From the NCBI GenBank assembly GCA_039584685.1, contig JBDGXI010000002.1, positions 4,184 to 68,183 on the forward strand: DNA of 64,000 bases. Direction: 5' to 3'. Both the position numbers and the translations under genes were made by a program. Source of the stretch: Gemmatimonadota bacterium. GTDB lineage: Bacteria; Gemmatimonadota; Gemmatimonadetes; Palauibacterales; Palauibacteraceae. Under the pieces are notes generated by a model, which worked only from the letters and a program-made list of their open reading frames with translations, ran no database searches and had not been told where the DNA came from. Below are positions 40,501 through 48,817 of this stretch, piece by piece; the first letter of the stretch is position 1, and each line of letters opens with the position of its first letter.

Positions 40501-40895
40501 CCCGAGAGCTCCTCGACCTGGCGGCGGATCCAGCCGCGCGGGAGCTTGGAAGCCGGCCGGAGGAGCTGTCCGCGGAGGCCGACGAGATAGCCCGGCGTCT
40601 CATGACGGAGACTCTGGATCGCGAGACGCTGTCCCGGCAGGAGAGGCTGTTCCAGCGGCTGCTCGATGCGGGGCGTTCGTTGGAGAAAGACGAGGAGGAA
40701 GCCAGGCGACGTCAGGCGACGACTGCCAGGCCTCGCGCAGTCCTTGTTCCCAATGAAGATGCGGGGATCGTTGCAGGCCCGCGCTACCCCTATCCCGACG
40801 CAGAAGACATGGAGGGGCTCACGGCGTCGCAGCGGCGAATGGTCTACGAGTACTTCGATCGCTTGAATGCGGGGAACCCGGAGGACCAGCCGTGA
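37536..40895 (+). CDS. DUF4175-like large membrane protein (3 TM, Ig-like beta domains, long coiled coil)
   Basis: N-terminal TM helices, DAPPTV....P and AKDDYGL motifs, about 550 aa of heptad-rich helix, C-terminal YP...V.EYF..L. Confidence 0.75.
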   Translation: MSPGEAGRELARAVATVRSVGRSIALWRSAVIGIPVLALLSVAGWMPDGWLSRPGSIIPMLLAVTGLVLIGTAGLAAGASVRSFQLRRRAAEIETAQGLARGDLLGAIELGSGPGDSGGLSDLHRQRVAAALEGRSARELLPTSCGSLRAARRLALPGVGVVLAVLGLGLSEKPVSAARALGILARPWAATFPPAPPPLRLDPPGGEVLRGGAFEVVVSAVGRDQVRLGQAGSGTPTRRTVLDVLGGAAVARIEPVDERIRFWAEDDRGSTTDTFTVVPVDPLTITSLLIELDYPRYLSRPRELLSGPVNSLQVPFGTRLGLTARTNHPIERMGLTRTRDGEATADTLDLEVAADMARGALTAERSELLSWWMVASPSVPDVRVPPAITLSVTEDAPPTVVLVYPGEDRTLGIERALSLVIEAKDDYGLGEVGLVWWRESTGGRTDPPTRERLAEGSGARRLTLRPTIDFESAGFLPGDEIVYFATARDSNPRAPASVSDTFRARLASLEELTDEIVHRTGGLVEEARSVRDNVGDLSGGARDAERRSRGGDEDSRQADAAPDRADFGATRESRDLLGEAREVEAQLTRMREDLGDLGAGLDASVFTDPDLRQRIQELEELYREILDSGLRDRIEALEEALRGLDRDDLRDALSDLSRQTADIEEQLDRALGLMERVALEQSLEGARQTAEDLADRQEQASVSNRLDEAWADRQERQAAESEALAGQVDDLSDRLEAQQAPEGAERAREAAEDARSAASRMRSAARRTSGDSESSGSRSAQEAKSAAAELEQAERNLAAAGEALTEDWRSEAMKVVERAAAETLELAREQERIVKRLRSGDRSEDLSASQSAVREGLDNLSQSLAEAGRQTALMDRRTGPAAARAGREMDALGQSISGGAARRNDAVQEGESAIQALADLASSLLASGRAMAEASSATGMEEALDRLAGMGKRQAGLNSESGELFLLMREGRSGDDQLSELSARQAGISRELLDLAADPAARELGSRPEELSAEADEIARRLMTETLDRETLSRQERLFQRLLDAGRSLEKDEEEARRRQATTARPRAVLVPNEDAGIVAGPRYPYPDAEDMEGLTASQRRMVYEYFDRLNAGNPEDQP

Positions 40896-42697
40896 GCGCC
40901 ACGCGTTGGCTTGCGGTTGCGAGTCTCGTGGTTGGGGCGTGGGTAGCCGATACTGAATCGGCGGCCGCGCAGAGCTCTGTGGAGGCCGCGGCGCTGGAGA
41001 GGAGGGTCCTGGAGCACGCCACCCGTCTGGAGGAGGCCGGCCGGGAGGAGGAGGCCATGCGGGCCCTCGAACACCTGCTCGAGGAGCAGCCCGTGTCCGT
41101 ATCCGCCCTCGTTCTCCTGGCGCAGATGGGCGAGCGCTCGGGTGATCCGGGACGGGTTCTGCCGGCGGCGGAAGCGGCGGTTCTCCTGGACGAGTCGGGT
41201 CTCGCCGCCGTCAGACAACTGTGGATCCGGGCGCTGCAGGCGGCGGGTCTCAGGGACAGCGCCGTGGCCGCTGCGCGTCGCTGGACCGAAGAGGAGCCGA
41301 CTCGGGCATCGCCGTACGCAGAGCTGTCGGGGCTGTGGGCTCAATCTGGCGATTCGGAGGCAGCGATTAGGACGCTGGAGGCGGGGCGTGCTGCGATCGG
41401 TTCGGAACACCTTTTCGCCCAGGAGCTGGCGGTTCTTCAGGCCGAACGAGGCGCCTATCCCGCCGCCGCGAAGGAGTGGCGCTCGATGCTGGCCTGGGGA
41501 GATGCGGGCATAGAGGCGGTAGAGCGCCGCGTCAGCGATTCGGGAACGGGACGCTCGGAGGCGCTGGCCGCGCTCCGCGCGGAGGTCGCGGGGTCAGAGG
41601 CTACGTTCCTGGAGAGAAAGGGAGGTCTCCGGCTGGCGCTGCTATTCGGAGAAGCCGCATGGGCGCAGGAAATTGCGCAGGGCCTGATCGCGGATCTTCC
41701 CGGACCAGCAGGTGACGAAGTTCTGCGGGACTACGTAGCGCGTGCGCGATCCTCGGGGGACCTGGCCGGTGCAGCGTGGGCTGCGCGCTCGCTGGCGGGT
41801 CGGAGTCGGTCCGCCGACGAGGTCACGTACTGGACGGCCGTGGCGGCCGATATCGCCTACGAGGCAGGAGACCTCGAGGGCGCTCGCCAGTCGTTCCGCC
41901 GTTTGGCGTCAGACGTTCCGCCTGGATCCGACCTGTACGGACTGTCGCTGAGGCGGTTGCATGCATTGACGGTGGACGATGATCCGGACGGGGCCGAGGC
42001 GATGCTCCGCGAGCACCAGGACCTGTATCCGGAGGAGGGTCTGGCTTCGGCGGAGATGTCGGTGCGGACGGCTCAGGCCTGGATGGCCGAGGGAGATCTG
42101 GGGCGGGCACGCGCGGTAGTGGAGGCCGTGTCCGTCGGGGACGCCGAGCAGGCGGCCCTGCAGGCCGGCGCTCTGGGCTGGCTGGAGATGCTGGCAGGCC
42201 GTCCGGAGGCTGCCCGGGGCCACCTGGAGCTCGCGGCGGCGGTTCCCACCGCTCGACCGGGATTCCGGATCGAGGCCCTGGAGCTCCTGTCCCTGATCGA
42301 TGGAGCGGATTCGGCGAGTGTGGCTTCCCTGGGCCGCGGTGTGGTAGCGGCCACCGCGTCAGACGACGCCAGGCCGCTGGTGGAGTCGGTCGAGCGGTGG
42401 GCCGGAGAGACGCGTTCGGGAGGCGACCGCCTGGCGGCTCTAGCTGCGAGGGAGCTCGAGGTCGCCGGTCATGTCGAGGAGGCGCGGACGGTTCGACTGG
42501 CGATCCTTCAGGCTTGGCCGGAATCGGCAGCGGCTCCGCGCGCACTGCTGGAATTGGCTCGCGGTGGCCGGATCGAGGATCCGAGGCAGGCTACCGCATG
42601 GCTCGAGCGACTGATCGTAGACTATCCCGAAAGCGCTCTGGCCCCGGTCGCGAGAAGGCTCCTGTCCGAGTGGCAGGACCGGATCCCGGGCGTATGA
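40892..42697 (+). CDS. Exported tetratricopeptide-repeat protein
   Basis: Signal peptide ending AAAQ; Ala-rich helical repeats with YPEE/WPES/YPES turns. Confidence 0.8.
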   Translation: MSATRWLAVASLVVGAWVADTESAAAQSSVEAAALERRVLEHATRLEEAGREEEAMRALEHLLEEQPVSVSALVLLAQMGERSGDPGRVLPAAEAAVLLDESGLAAVRQLWIRALQAAGLRDSAVAAARRWTEEEPTRASPYAELSGLWAQSGDSEAAIRTLEAGRAAIGSEHLFAQELAVLQAERGAYPAAAKEWRSMLAWGDAGIEAVERRVSDSGTGRSEALAALRAEVAGSEATFLERKGGLRLALLFGEAAWAQEIAQGLIADLPGPAGDEVLRDYVARARSSGDLAGAAWAARSLAGRSRSADEVTYWTAVAADIAYEAGDLEGARQSFRRLASDVPPGSDLYGLSLRRLHALTVDDDPDGAEAMLREHQDLYPEEGLASAEMSVRTAQAWMAEGDLGRARAVVEAVSVGDAEQAALQAGALGWLEMLAGRPEAARGHLELAAAVPTARPGFRIEALELLSLIDGADSASVASLGRGVVAATASDDARPLVESVERWAGETRSGGDRLAALAARELEVAGHVEEARTVRLAILQAWPESAAAPRALLELARGGRIEDPRQATAWLERLIVDYPESALAPVARRLLSEWQDRIPGV

Positions 42698-43956
42698 TCA
42701 GGGGACCGATGCTCCTTTGCGTGGCGCTTGCAGCGGTCTCGCCGTCCGCTGCGGCAGGCCAGACGCTGCTCGTCCCCATGGATGGTCGGCAATCTAATCA
42801 CCTGCGAGCGTACGGCCTGGTATACCAGTCCATAGCGGCGGGGGAGCGAGCCGAATGGCTTCTGAACTACCGGGGCGGCTCTTTTCTTCTTCCCGGTGTG
42901 GAGCATGTTCGACGAAACGCGGCACTGCTCGGCGTGACAGTGGAAAGCTTGTCGGGTAGCGGCCTGGCTGCTCTTCGCGAGCGGATCGAGGACGGGAACA
43001 TGGAAGCCGTTCCGCTTGAGAAGGCGCCGGAGGTGGCCGTGTACACTCCACCGAACTCGTCGCCGTGGGACGATGCGGTGACCATTGCTCTCGAATACGC
43101 TGGAATTCCATATGCCCGGATCTGGGATCCCGAGGTCCTGTCGGACGGACTCGAACGCTACGACTGGTTGCACCTGCATCACGAAGACTTCACCGGGCAG
43201 TACTCCAAGTTCTACCTGGGCTATGCGGCTTCCGAGTGGCTGAGGGAAGAGGTGGAGCGGAACCAGGCGGTCGCCGCGCAGTACGGTTTTGCCACGGTTC
43301 CGGACCTCAAGAAGGCGGTGGCAGGAGAGATTCGGGACTACGTGAACAACGGGGGGCTGTTGTTCGCGATGTGCACGGCTACGGAGACCCTGGACCTCGC
43401 GCTCGCCGGCGCGAATGTTGATCTGGCTGCGGCGTTCGCGGATGGAACGCCGCCCGATCCCGACGCCGAGGGCGGAATGATCTGGGATCGTGCGTTGGCG
43501 TTCACGGAGGCGCGCCTGATCCTCGACGAATCGGTGAGCGCCTTCAGCGACATCGATGGCCACCAGGTCAATACGCCATGGCGGCGCTCCCTCGGCAGTT
43601 TCGAGCTGTTCGATTTCAGCGCGAAGATCGATCCGGTACCGGCCATGCTGACACAGTCGCACGAGCGGGTGTTGCCCGACTTCTACGGCCTGACGACGAG
43701 CTTCAATCCGGATCGCCTGAAAGCCGGGGTGGTCGTATTGGGGAGTGATGAGTCGCTTGGCGTGGTCAAGTACTTGCACGGGCAAGTGGGGCAGGGGAGT
43801 TTCACGTTCCTCGGGGGCCATGACCCGGAAGATCCGCAGCATCTGGTGGGTGATCCACCAACGGACCTGGATCTGAACCGGCACTCGGCCGGCTACCGCC
43901 TGATCCTGAACAACGTCCTGTACCCGGCAGCGCGCAAAAAGGCCCTGAAGACTTGA
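42694..43956 (+). CDS. Exported conserved protein with class I GATase-like fold (family often auto-labelled 'asparagine synthetase B')
   Basis: Signal peptide; QSNHLRAYG, WLLNYRGGSF, YDWLHLHHEDFTGQY, FAMCTATETLD, GGHDPED motifs. ATG 42694 overlaps the upstream stop. Confidence 0.8.
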   Translation: MIRGPMLLCVALAAVSPSAAAGQTLLVPMDGRQSNHLRAYGLVYQSIAAGERAEWLLNYRGGSFLLPGVEHVRRNAALLGVTVESLSGSGLAALRERIEDGNMEAVPLEKAPEVAVYTPPNSSPWDDAVTIALEYAGIPYARIWDPEVLSDGLERYDWLHLHHEDFTGQYSKFYLGYAASEWLREEVERNQAVAAQYGFATVPDLKKAVAGEIRDYVNNGGLLFAMCTATETLDLALAGANVDLAAAFADGTPPDPDAEGGMIWDRALAFTEARLILDESVSAFSDIDGHQVNTPWRRSLGSFELFDFSAKIDPVPAMLTQSHERVLPDFYGLTTSFNPDRLKAGVVVLGSDESLGVVKYLHGQVGQGSFTFLGGHDPEDPQHLVGDPPTDLDLNRHSAGYRLILNNVLYPAARKKALKT

Positions 43957-45171
43957 GTGAGGCAGTCGAGCGATATGGATAGAGCGAGATCGGCGGCTAA
44001 TGCGGGCGCACCAGGGTGGACGCCGCCGGCCCGTCTGCAGGGGCTTCCCCCCTATCCGTTGGCCGACGTACCCGACATCAAGGCCCGCCTGCGCGCCGAG
44101 GGACGATCGGTCGTCGATCTCGGTGTCGGAGACCCGGGACTTCCCGTGCCGGAGATGGCGCTCGAGGCACTTCGGGCGGCCGCGGGAGACCCGGCTCTCA
44201 GTAAGTACGGCTTCCAGAGGGGTCTGCCTGAGTATCGGCTGGCGATCGCAGGGTGGCTGTCCAGGCGTTTCGGAGCCGATGTGGACCCCGATCTCGAAGT
44301 GCTTCCAGTGATCGGAACCAAGGAGGCGATCGCCCTCACGGCATTCGCGGTTCTCGATCCGGGTGATTCGGTCCTGGTCCCGGATCCGGGCTACGCCCCC
44401 TATTTCGGCGGATCGTATTTTGCCGGAGCGGACGTGATCCGGTGCACGCTGCGCGCGGATGAAGGTTTCCTGATTCCGCCCGAGGCAATACGAACGGCCA
44501 GAGGGCGCCTGCGGCTGGTATATATCAACTACCCCAACAATCCGACCAGTGCCGTGGCCGAGGCGGCCTATCTGGCTGAGATCGTTGCCGCGTGCCGGGA
44601 GCGGGGAGCGGTGCTGCTGTTCGACAACGCATACTCCGAGATCACGTTCGACGGTTTCAGAGCGCCCGGCCTCCTGGACATCGAGGGTGGCCGCGAGGTG
44701 GGCCTCGAGTTTCACTCCATGTCCAAGACCTACAACATGACAGGGTGGCGACTCGGTTGGACAACCGGGAATCGGGAGTTGATCGCGGCGCTTCGCCGCG
44801 TGAAGACCTTCTTCGACACAGGTGCCTTCATGGCACTCCAGGCCGCCGGTGCCGCCGTCCTGAACGATCCGGATGACTACATCGAGTGGAGCCGGGGGCA
44901 GTTGGAGCGGCGGCGCGATGCCGCCGTGAAGGCCTTTCGGGCCGCCGGTCTGGACGCGGCGGTTCCGCGTGGCACGCTCTACCTATGGTTCCCGGTCCCG
45001 ACGGACGAAGATGCCGAGAGTTTCTGCCGCCGGCTGCTGTTGGAGTCTGGAATCGTCCTGCTCCCGGGATCCGCGATGGGTCCGGGCGGCGATGGGTTCG
45101 TGCGCGCGTCCCTCGCGATAGGGGAATACGGCTGGGCCGACGCTGGCCGCAGGATTCGGGAGGCTCTCTGA
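43957..45171 (+). CDS. dapL: PLP-dependent class I/II aminotransferase, LL-diaminopimelate aminotransferase-like
   Basis: DLGVGDP, INYPNNPT, DNAYSEI, EFHSMSKTYNMTGWRLG motifs. Start GTG 43957 or ATG 43975. Confidence 0.8.
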   Translation: MRQSSDMDRARSAANAGAPGWTPPARLQGLPPYPLADVPDIKARLRAEGRSVVDLGVGDPGLPVPEMALEALRAAAGDPALSKYGFQRGLPEYRLAIAGWLSRRFGADVDPDLEVLPVIGTKEAIALTAFAVLDPGDSVLVPDPGYAPYFGGSYFAGADVIRCTLRADEGFLIPPEAIRTARGRLRLVYINYPNNPTSAVAEAAYLAEIVAACRERGAVLLFDNAYSEITFDGFRAPGLLDIEGGREVGLEFHSMSKTYNMTGWRLGWTTGNRELIAALRRVKTFFDTGAFMALQAAGAAVLNDPDDYIEWSRGQLERRRDAAVKAFRAAGLDAAVPRGTLYLWFPVPTDEDAESFCRRLLLESGIVLLPGSAMGPGGDGFVRASLAIGEYGWADAGRRIREAL

Positions 45172-46052
45172 GGGTTCGGCCCGGTCCGGGGCCCGGCCAC
45201 GACGGTGGCGGGGAGAGCCGCGAGACGCACGCCGCATACCGTGCCAGGGGCTACCGCCGCGCTGTCCAGACGGGACTGGTCGTTTCCGCCGTCTTGCACG
45301 CCCTCGTCGCTGTCTTCCTGTCCGGTCAGTTCTACATCGGCTCCCGATCCTTCCGGCCGGTGGAGCTCCCGCCGCGACCCACCGTGGGTATGGAGGTGGT
45401 CGACATCCGGGAGATCGATGCAGAGTCCGCCGCTGAGGACGTCATCGAGATGCCGCCGGAGGAGCAGGACGAGATTCTGCGGCCCGAACCTCCCACTCCG
45501 GGCGATGGCGCGCGACCGGCGCAGACCGGGACGGAAGACGGACGGGGGCTGACCAACGCCGAGCGCCTGACTCCGCGCGAGGGAGACCCTCGGCTGTGGC
45601 AGGACTTCGGAGACCGGCCCATGCCCGAGTACCTGGAAGACCGTCTCGCGCTGGCGGAGGGGACGATACGGGCGCGCCTTGGCGCCATGCTCGACAGCCT
45701 CCAGCTGTCGGAGGAACAGCGCAGGCGAGCGGTCGAGTGGCTGTTCGGGGAGGGGGACCAGCAGTGGGGCGTCACCCCGGACGGCCTGATTCTCGGCGGC
45801 ATGGTGATCCCGATGAACGTGGGAGCCCTATTCGAGGCCGAAGGGCCGCTCGGAAGGGAACTGCGACAGGAACAGCGAGATCTGGAGGACATCCAGCGCC
45901 AGGACTTTCGAACCGATGTCGAGCGCGCGCAGCAGGAGCGACTCGACGAGATGAGGCGACGCAGCGAGGAGGAGGCCCAGCGCCGCCGTCAGGATTCGCT
46001 TGCGGCCGAAGCCGATACCACGGAATCAGGGACCTCGCCTCCTCGCGACTGA
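45168..46052 (+). CDS. Hypothetical single-TM protein with TonB/TolA-like SxxLH anchor
   Basis: TM segment LVVSAVLHALVAVFL, Pro/acidic linker, WGVTPDGLILGG domain, charged helix. Start uncertain (CTG 45168 inferred). Confidence 0.7.
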   Translation: MRVRPGPGPGHDGGGESRETHAAYRARGYRRAVQTGLVVSAVLHALVAVFLSGQFYIGSRSFRPVELPPRPTVGMEVVDIREIDAESAAEDVIEMPPEEQDEILRPEPPTPGDGARPAQTGTEDGRGLTNAERLTPREGDPRLWQDFGDRPMPEYLEDRLALAEGTIRARLGAMLDSLQLSEEQRRRAVEWLFGEGDQQWGVTPDGLILGGMVIPMNVGALFEAEGPLGRELRQEQRDLEDIQRQDFRTDVERAQQERLDEMRRRSEEEAQRRRQDSLAAEADTTESGTSPPRD

Positions 46053-46125
46053 GTCGCCGTTCCGCTAGACTATCGTGTTTACGAAGGCCCACAGGGGCAT
46101 ACCGCATCCGCGATCCCACGACGAC

Positions 46126-48816
46126 ATGGCCGACGAGACCACACGACACGAGTTGAGCGCCCGCTTCGATCCGACTGGAACCGAGGCCCCCATCTACGCC
46201 CGCTGGATGGAGCGCGGGGGGTTCCATGTCGATGCCGCGGAGGCGGCTGAGCCGTATGTCATCGCCATCCCGCCGCCGAACGTGACGGCGGCGCTGCATA
46301 TGGGGCACGGACTGAACAACACGATCCAGGACGTGTTGATCCGATTCCAGCGCATGCGAGGGCGTGACGCCATGTGGATCCCGGGTACGGACCACGCGGG
46401 CATAGCCACGCAGAACGTCGTCGAACGGGATCTGGCGAAGGAGGGCCTCACCCGACACGACCTGGGTCGGGAGCGTTTCGTCGAACGAGTGTGGGAGTGG
46501 GTGGACCGATACGGCTCCACGATCATCGACCAGCTCAAGGTCATGGGTTGTTCGTGCGATTGGGAAAGGACGCGCTTCACCCTGGACGAGGGTCTGTCCC
46601 AGGCGGTACGCGAGGTGTTCGTCCGGCTCTACGAGAAAGGGCTCATCTACCGGGGCAATTATATCATCAACTGGTGTCCCCGGTGCCTGACGGCGCTTTC
46701 GAACGAGGAGGCGGAGCATCACGAGAGCCAGGGCCGCCTCTACCACATTCGGTATCCTCTGGCCGATGCCGAAGGCGAGTATGTGGTCGTTGCCACGACC
46801 CGGCCGGAGACGATGCTCGGGGATACGGCCGTCGCCGTGCATCCGGAGGACGAGAGAAACCGGCACCTGGTGGGACGGATCGTGGATCTGCCTCTCGTCG
46901 GCCGACGTATTCCGGTGATCGCGGATGAATTCGTGGATCCCGAGTTCGGTTCCGGTTTCGTGAAGGTAACACCGGCCCATGACCCGAACGATTTCGAGAT
47001 CGGCTCGCGTCACGATCTGCCGCGCGTGGACATCATGAACGACGATGCCACGATCAGCGAGGAGGCGCCCGAGGCCTATCGGGGGCTCGACCGCTTCGAG
47101 GCACGGAAGCGGGTCCTGGAGGACCTCGAGGCACTCGGACTCGTTCTCGAGGTGGAAGAACACGAGCACTCCGTCGGCCAGTGCTATCGATGCGGTACCG
47201 TCGTTGAGCCGCGCCTCAGCCTGCAATGGTTCGTGCGCATGAAACCGCTCGCGGTGCCGGCGTTGGAGGCCTATCGAGACGGGCGGCTGCGATTCCATCC
47301 GGAGCGCTTCGGCAACACTTACGAGCACTGGATGACCAACGTCCGGGACTGGTGCATAAGCCGGCAGCTCTGGTGGGGGCACCGCATACCGGTGTGGTAC
47401 TGCCGGGAGTGCGACGAGATCATCGTGGCGCGCGACGATCCGGACGAATGCGGGGCCTGCGGGGGGATGGTAGAGCAGGATCCGGACGTCCTGGACACGT
47501 GGTTCAGTTCCTGGTTGTGGCCGTTCAGCACGCTCGGGTGGCCGGAGGACACGCCGGACCTGGAGAGCTTCTATCCGACCCACACTCTGAGTACTGCACC
47601 TGAGATCCTGTTCTTCTGGGTAGCCCGAATGGTGATGGCGGGACTGGAATTCGCCGGAGCCGTCCCCTTCACTGATGTGCTGCTGCACGGAACCGTTCGG
47701 GACGCTCAGGGCCGACGGATGTCGAAATCCCTCGGCAACGGGATTGACCCGCTCGAAGTGGTGGACCGATTCGGGGCGGATGCCATGCGCTTCACCCTGG
47801 TGAACTCGGCGGCCCTGGGCACGGACCTGCAGCTGGATCACGAGGACCTTGACGCGTCCTTCCGGGTGGGACGGAACTTTGCCAACAAGATGTGGAACGC
47901 AGTCCGGTTCGGACTCGGGTATCTGACTGAGGACGACGTGCGAGCCGTCCCGACGGATTTCCGCCTCGAACTCACGGATCGGTGGATCCTGGCCCGCTAC
48001 TCGGCGACAGCCGCCGCGGTCACCGATGCGTTGGAGCGATTTCGGCTGCACGATGCCGCGGAGCTGACCTATCAGTTCGTGTGGGGCGAATTCTGCGATT
48101 GGTACCTGGAGCTCGTGAAAATCCGTCTGCGAGGCGACCGGGGTGAAGAGAGCCGGGCGGCGGCGGGCGCGACGCTCGCGTTTGTGCTGGACGGTTGGTT
48201 GCGGCTGCTGCACCCGATCATGCCGTTCATTACGGAAGAGATGTACTGCCACCTTCCAGGCCGCACCGATGAGGACTCCCTTCTCCACGGGCCGTGGACT
48301 GCCGCCGATCGGGATCAGCTGTCTGCAGCGGACGCCGAGTCGGCCGTCTCCGGTCTGCAAGAGGTCGTGGTTGCCGTTCGGAACCTGCGCTCCGACTACG
48401 GAATAGACCCTTCGAGACGAATCGGTGTGATAGTCGCCCGGGCTCCAGCGGAGGTCGCGGCCGTCGTCGCCGACGAGCTGGATGGTCTGCTTCGGCTTGG
48501 GGGCATGTCCTCGCTCGAGATGGTTGACAGCATCCCGACCGGAGAGCCGGGTGCCCACGCGGTGCTCCGTTCCGGGGCAGAGGTGTTTCTCCCGCTATCC
48601 GGGATCGTCGACATCGACAAGGAACGCGACCGGATCCAGTTGGAGATCGAACGCCTGGAAGGTCTGCTGGCGGGCTCCAGGCGCCGCCTCGAGGATTCCC
48701 GGTTCGTGGATCAGGCGCCGCCGGAGGTCGTGGAGCGGGAGCAGGAGAAGAAGAGGTCGTTCGAGGAGCGTCTGTCTCTCCTGGTCGAGAAGCGTGCGTC
48801 CTTCGGCTCCGAATGA
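46126..48816 (+). CDS. valS: Valine--tRNA ligase
   Basis: PPPNVT..LHMGH, DWCISRQLWWGH, RMSKS motifs; C-terminal coiled coil. Confidence 0.99.
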   Translation: MADETTRHELSARFDPTGTEAPIYARWMERGGFHVDAAEAAEPYVIAIPPPNVTAALHMGHGLNNTIQDVLIRFQRMRGRDAMWIPGTDHAGIATQNVVERDLAKEGLTRHDLGRERFVERVWEWVDRYGSTIIDQLKVMGCSCDWERTRFTLDEGLSQAVREVFVRLYEKGLIYRGNYIINWCPRCLTALSNEEAEHHESQGRLYHIRYPLADAEGEYVVVATTRPETMLGDTAVAVHPEDERNRHLVGRIVDLPLVGRRIPVIADEFVDPEFGSGFVKVTPAHDPNDFEIGSRHDLPRVDIMNDDATISEEAPEAYRGLDRFEARKRVLEDLEALGLVLEVEEHEHSVGQCYRCGTVVEPRLSLQWFVRMKPLAVPALEAYRDGRLRFHPERFGNTYEHWMTNVRDWCISRQLWWGHRIPVWYCRECDEIIVARDDPDECGACGGMVEQDPDVLDTWFSSWLWPFSTLGWPEDTPDLESFYPTHTLSTAPEILFFWVARMVMAGLEFAGAVPFTDVLLHGTVRDAQGRRMSKSLGNGIDPLEVVDRFGADAMRFTLVNSAALGTDLQLDHEDLDASFRVGRNFANKMWNAVRFGLGYLTEDDVRAVPTDFRLELTDRWILARYSATAAAVTDALERFRLHDAAELTYQFVWGEFCDWYLELVKIRLRGDRGEESRAAAGATLAFVLDGWLRLLHPIMPFITEEMYCHLPGRTDEDSLLHGPWTAADRDQLSAADAESAVSGLQEVVVAVRNLRSDYGIDPSRRIGVIVARAPAEVAAVVADELDGLLRLGGMSSLEMVDSIPTGEPGAHAVLRSGAEVFLPLSGIVDIDKERDRIQLEIERLEGLLAGSRRRLEDSRFVDQAPPEVVEREQEKKRSFEERLSLLVEKRASFGSE

Positions 48817-48817
48817 G

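Noticed and set aside
42397-43956. Asparagine synthetase B assignment and the 519-aa extended start
   Set aside because: No AsnB catalytic motifs are present. The extension overlaps the TPR gene, while ATG 42694 gives a clean signal peptide.
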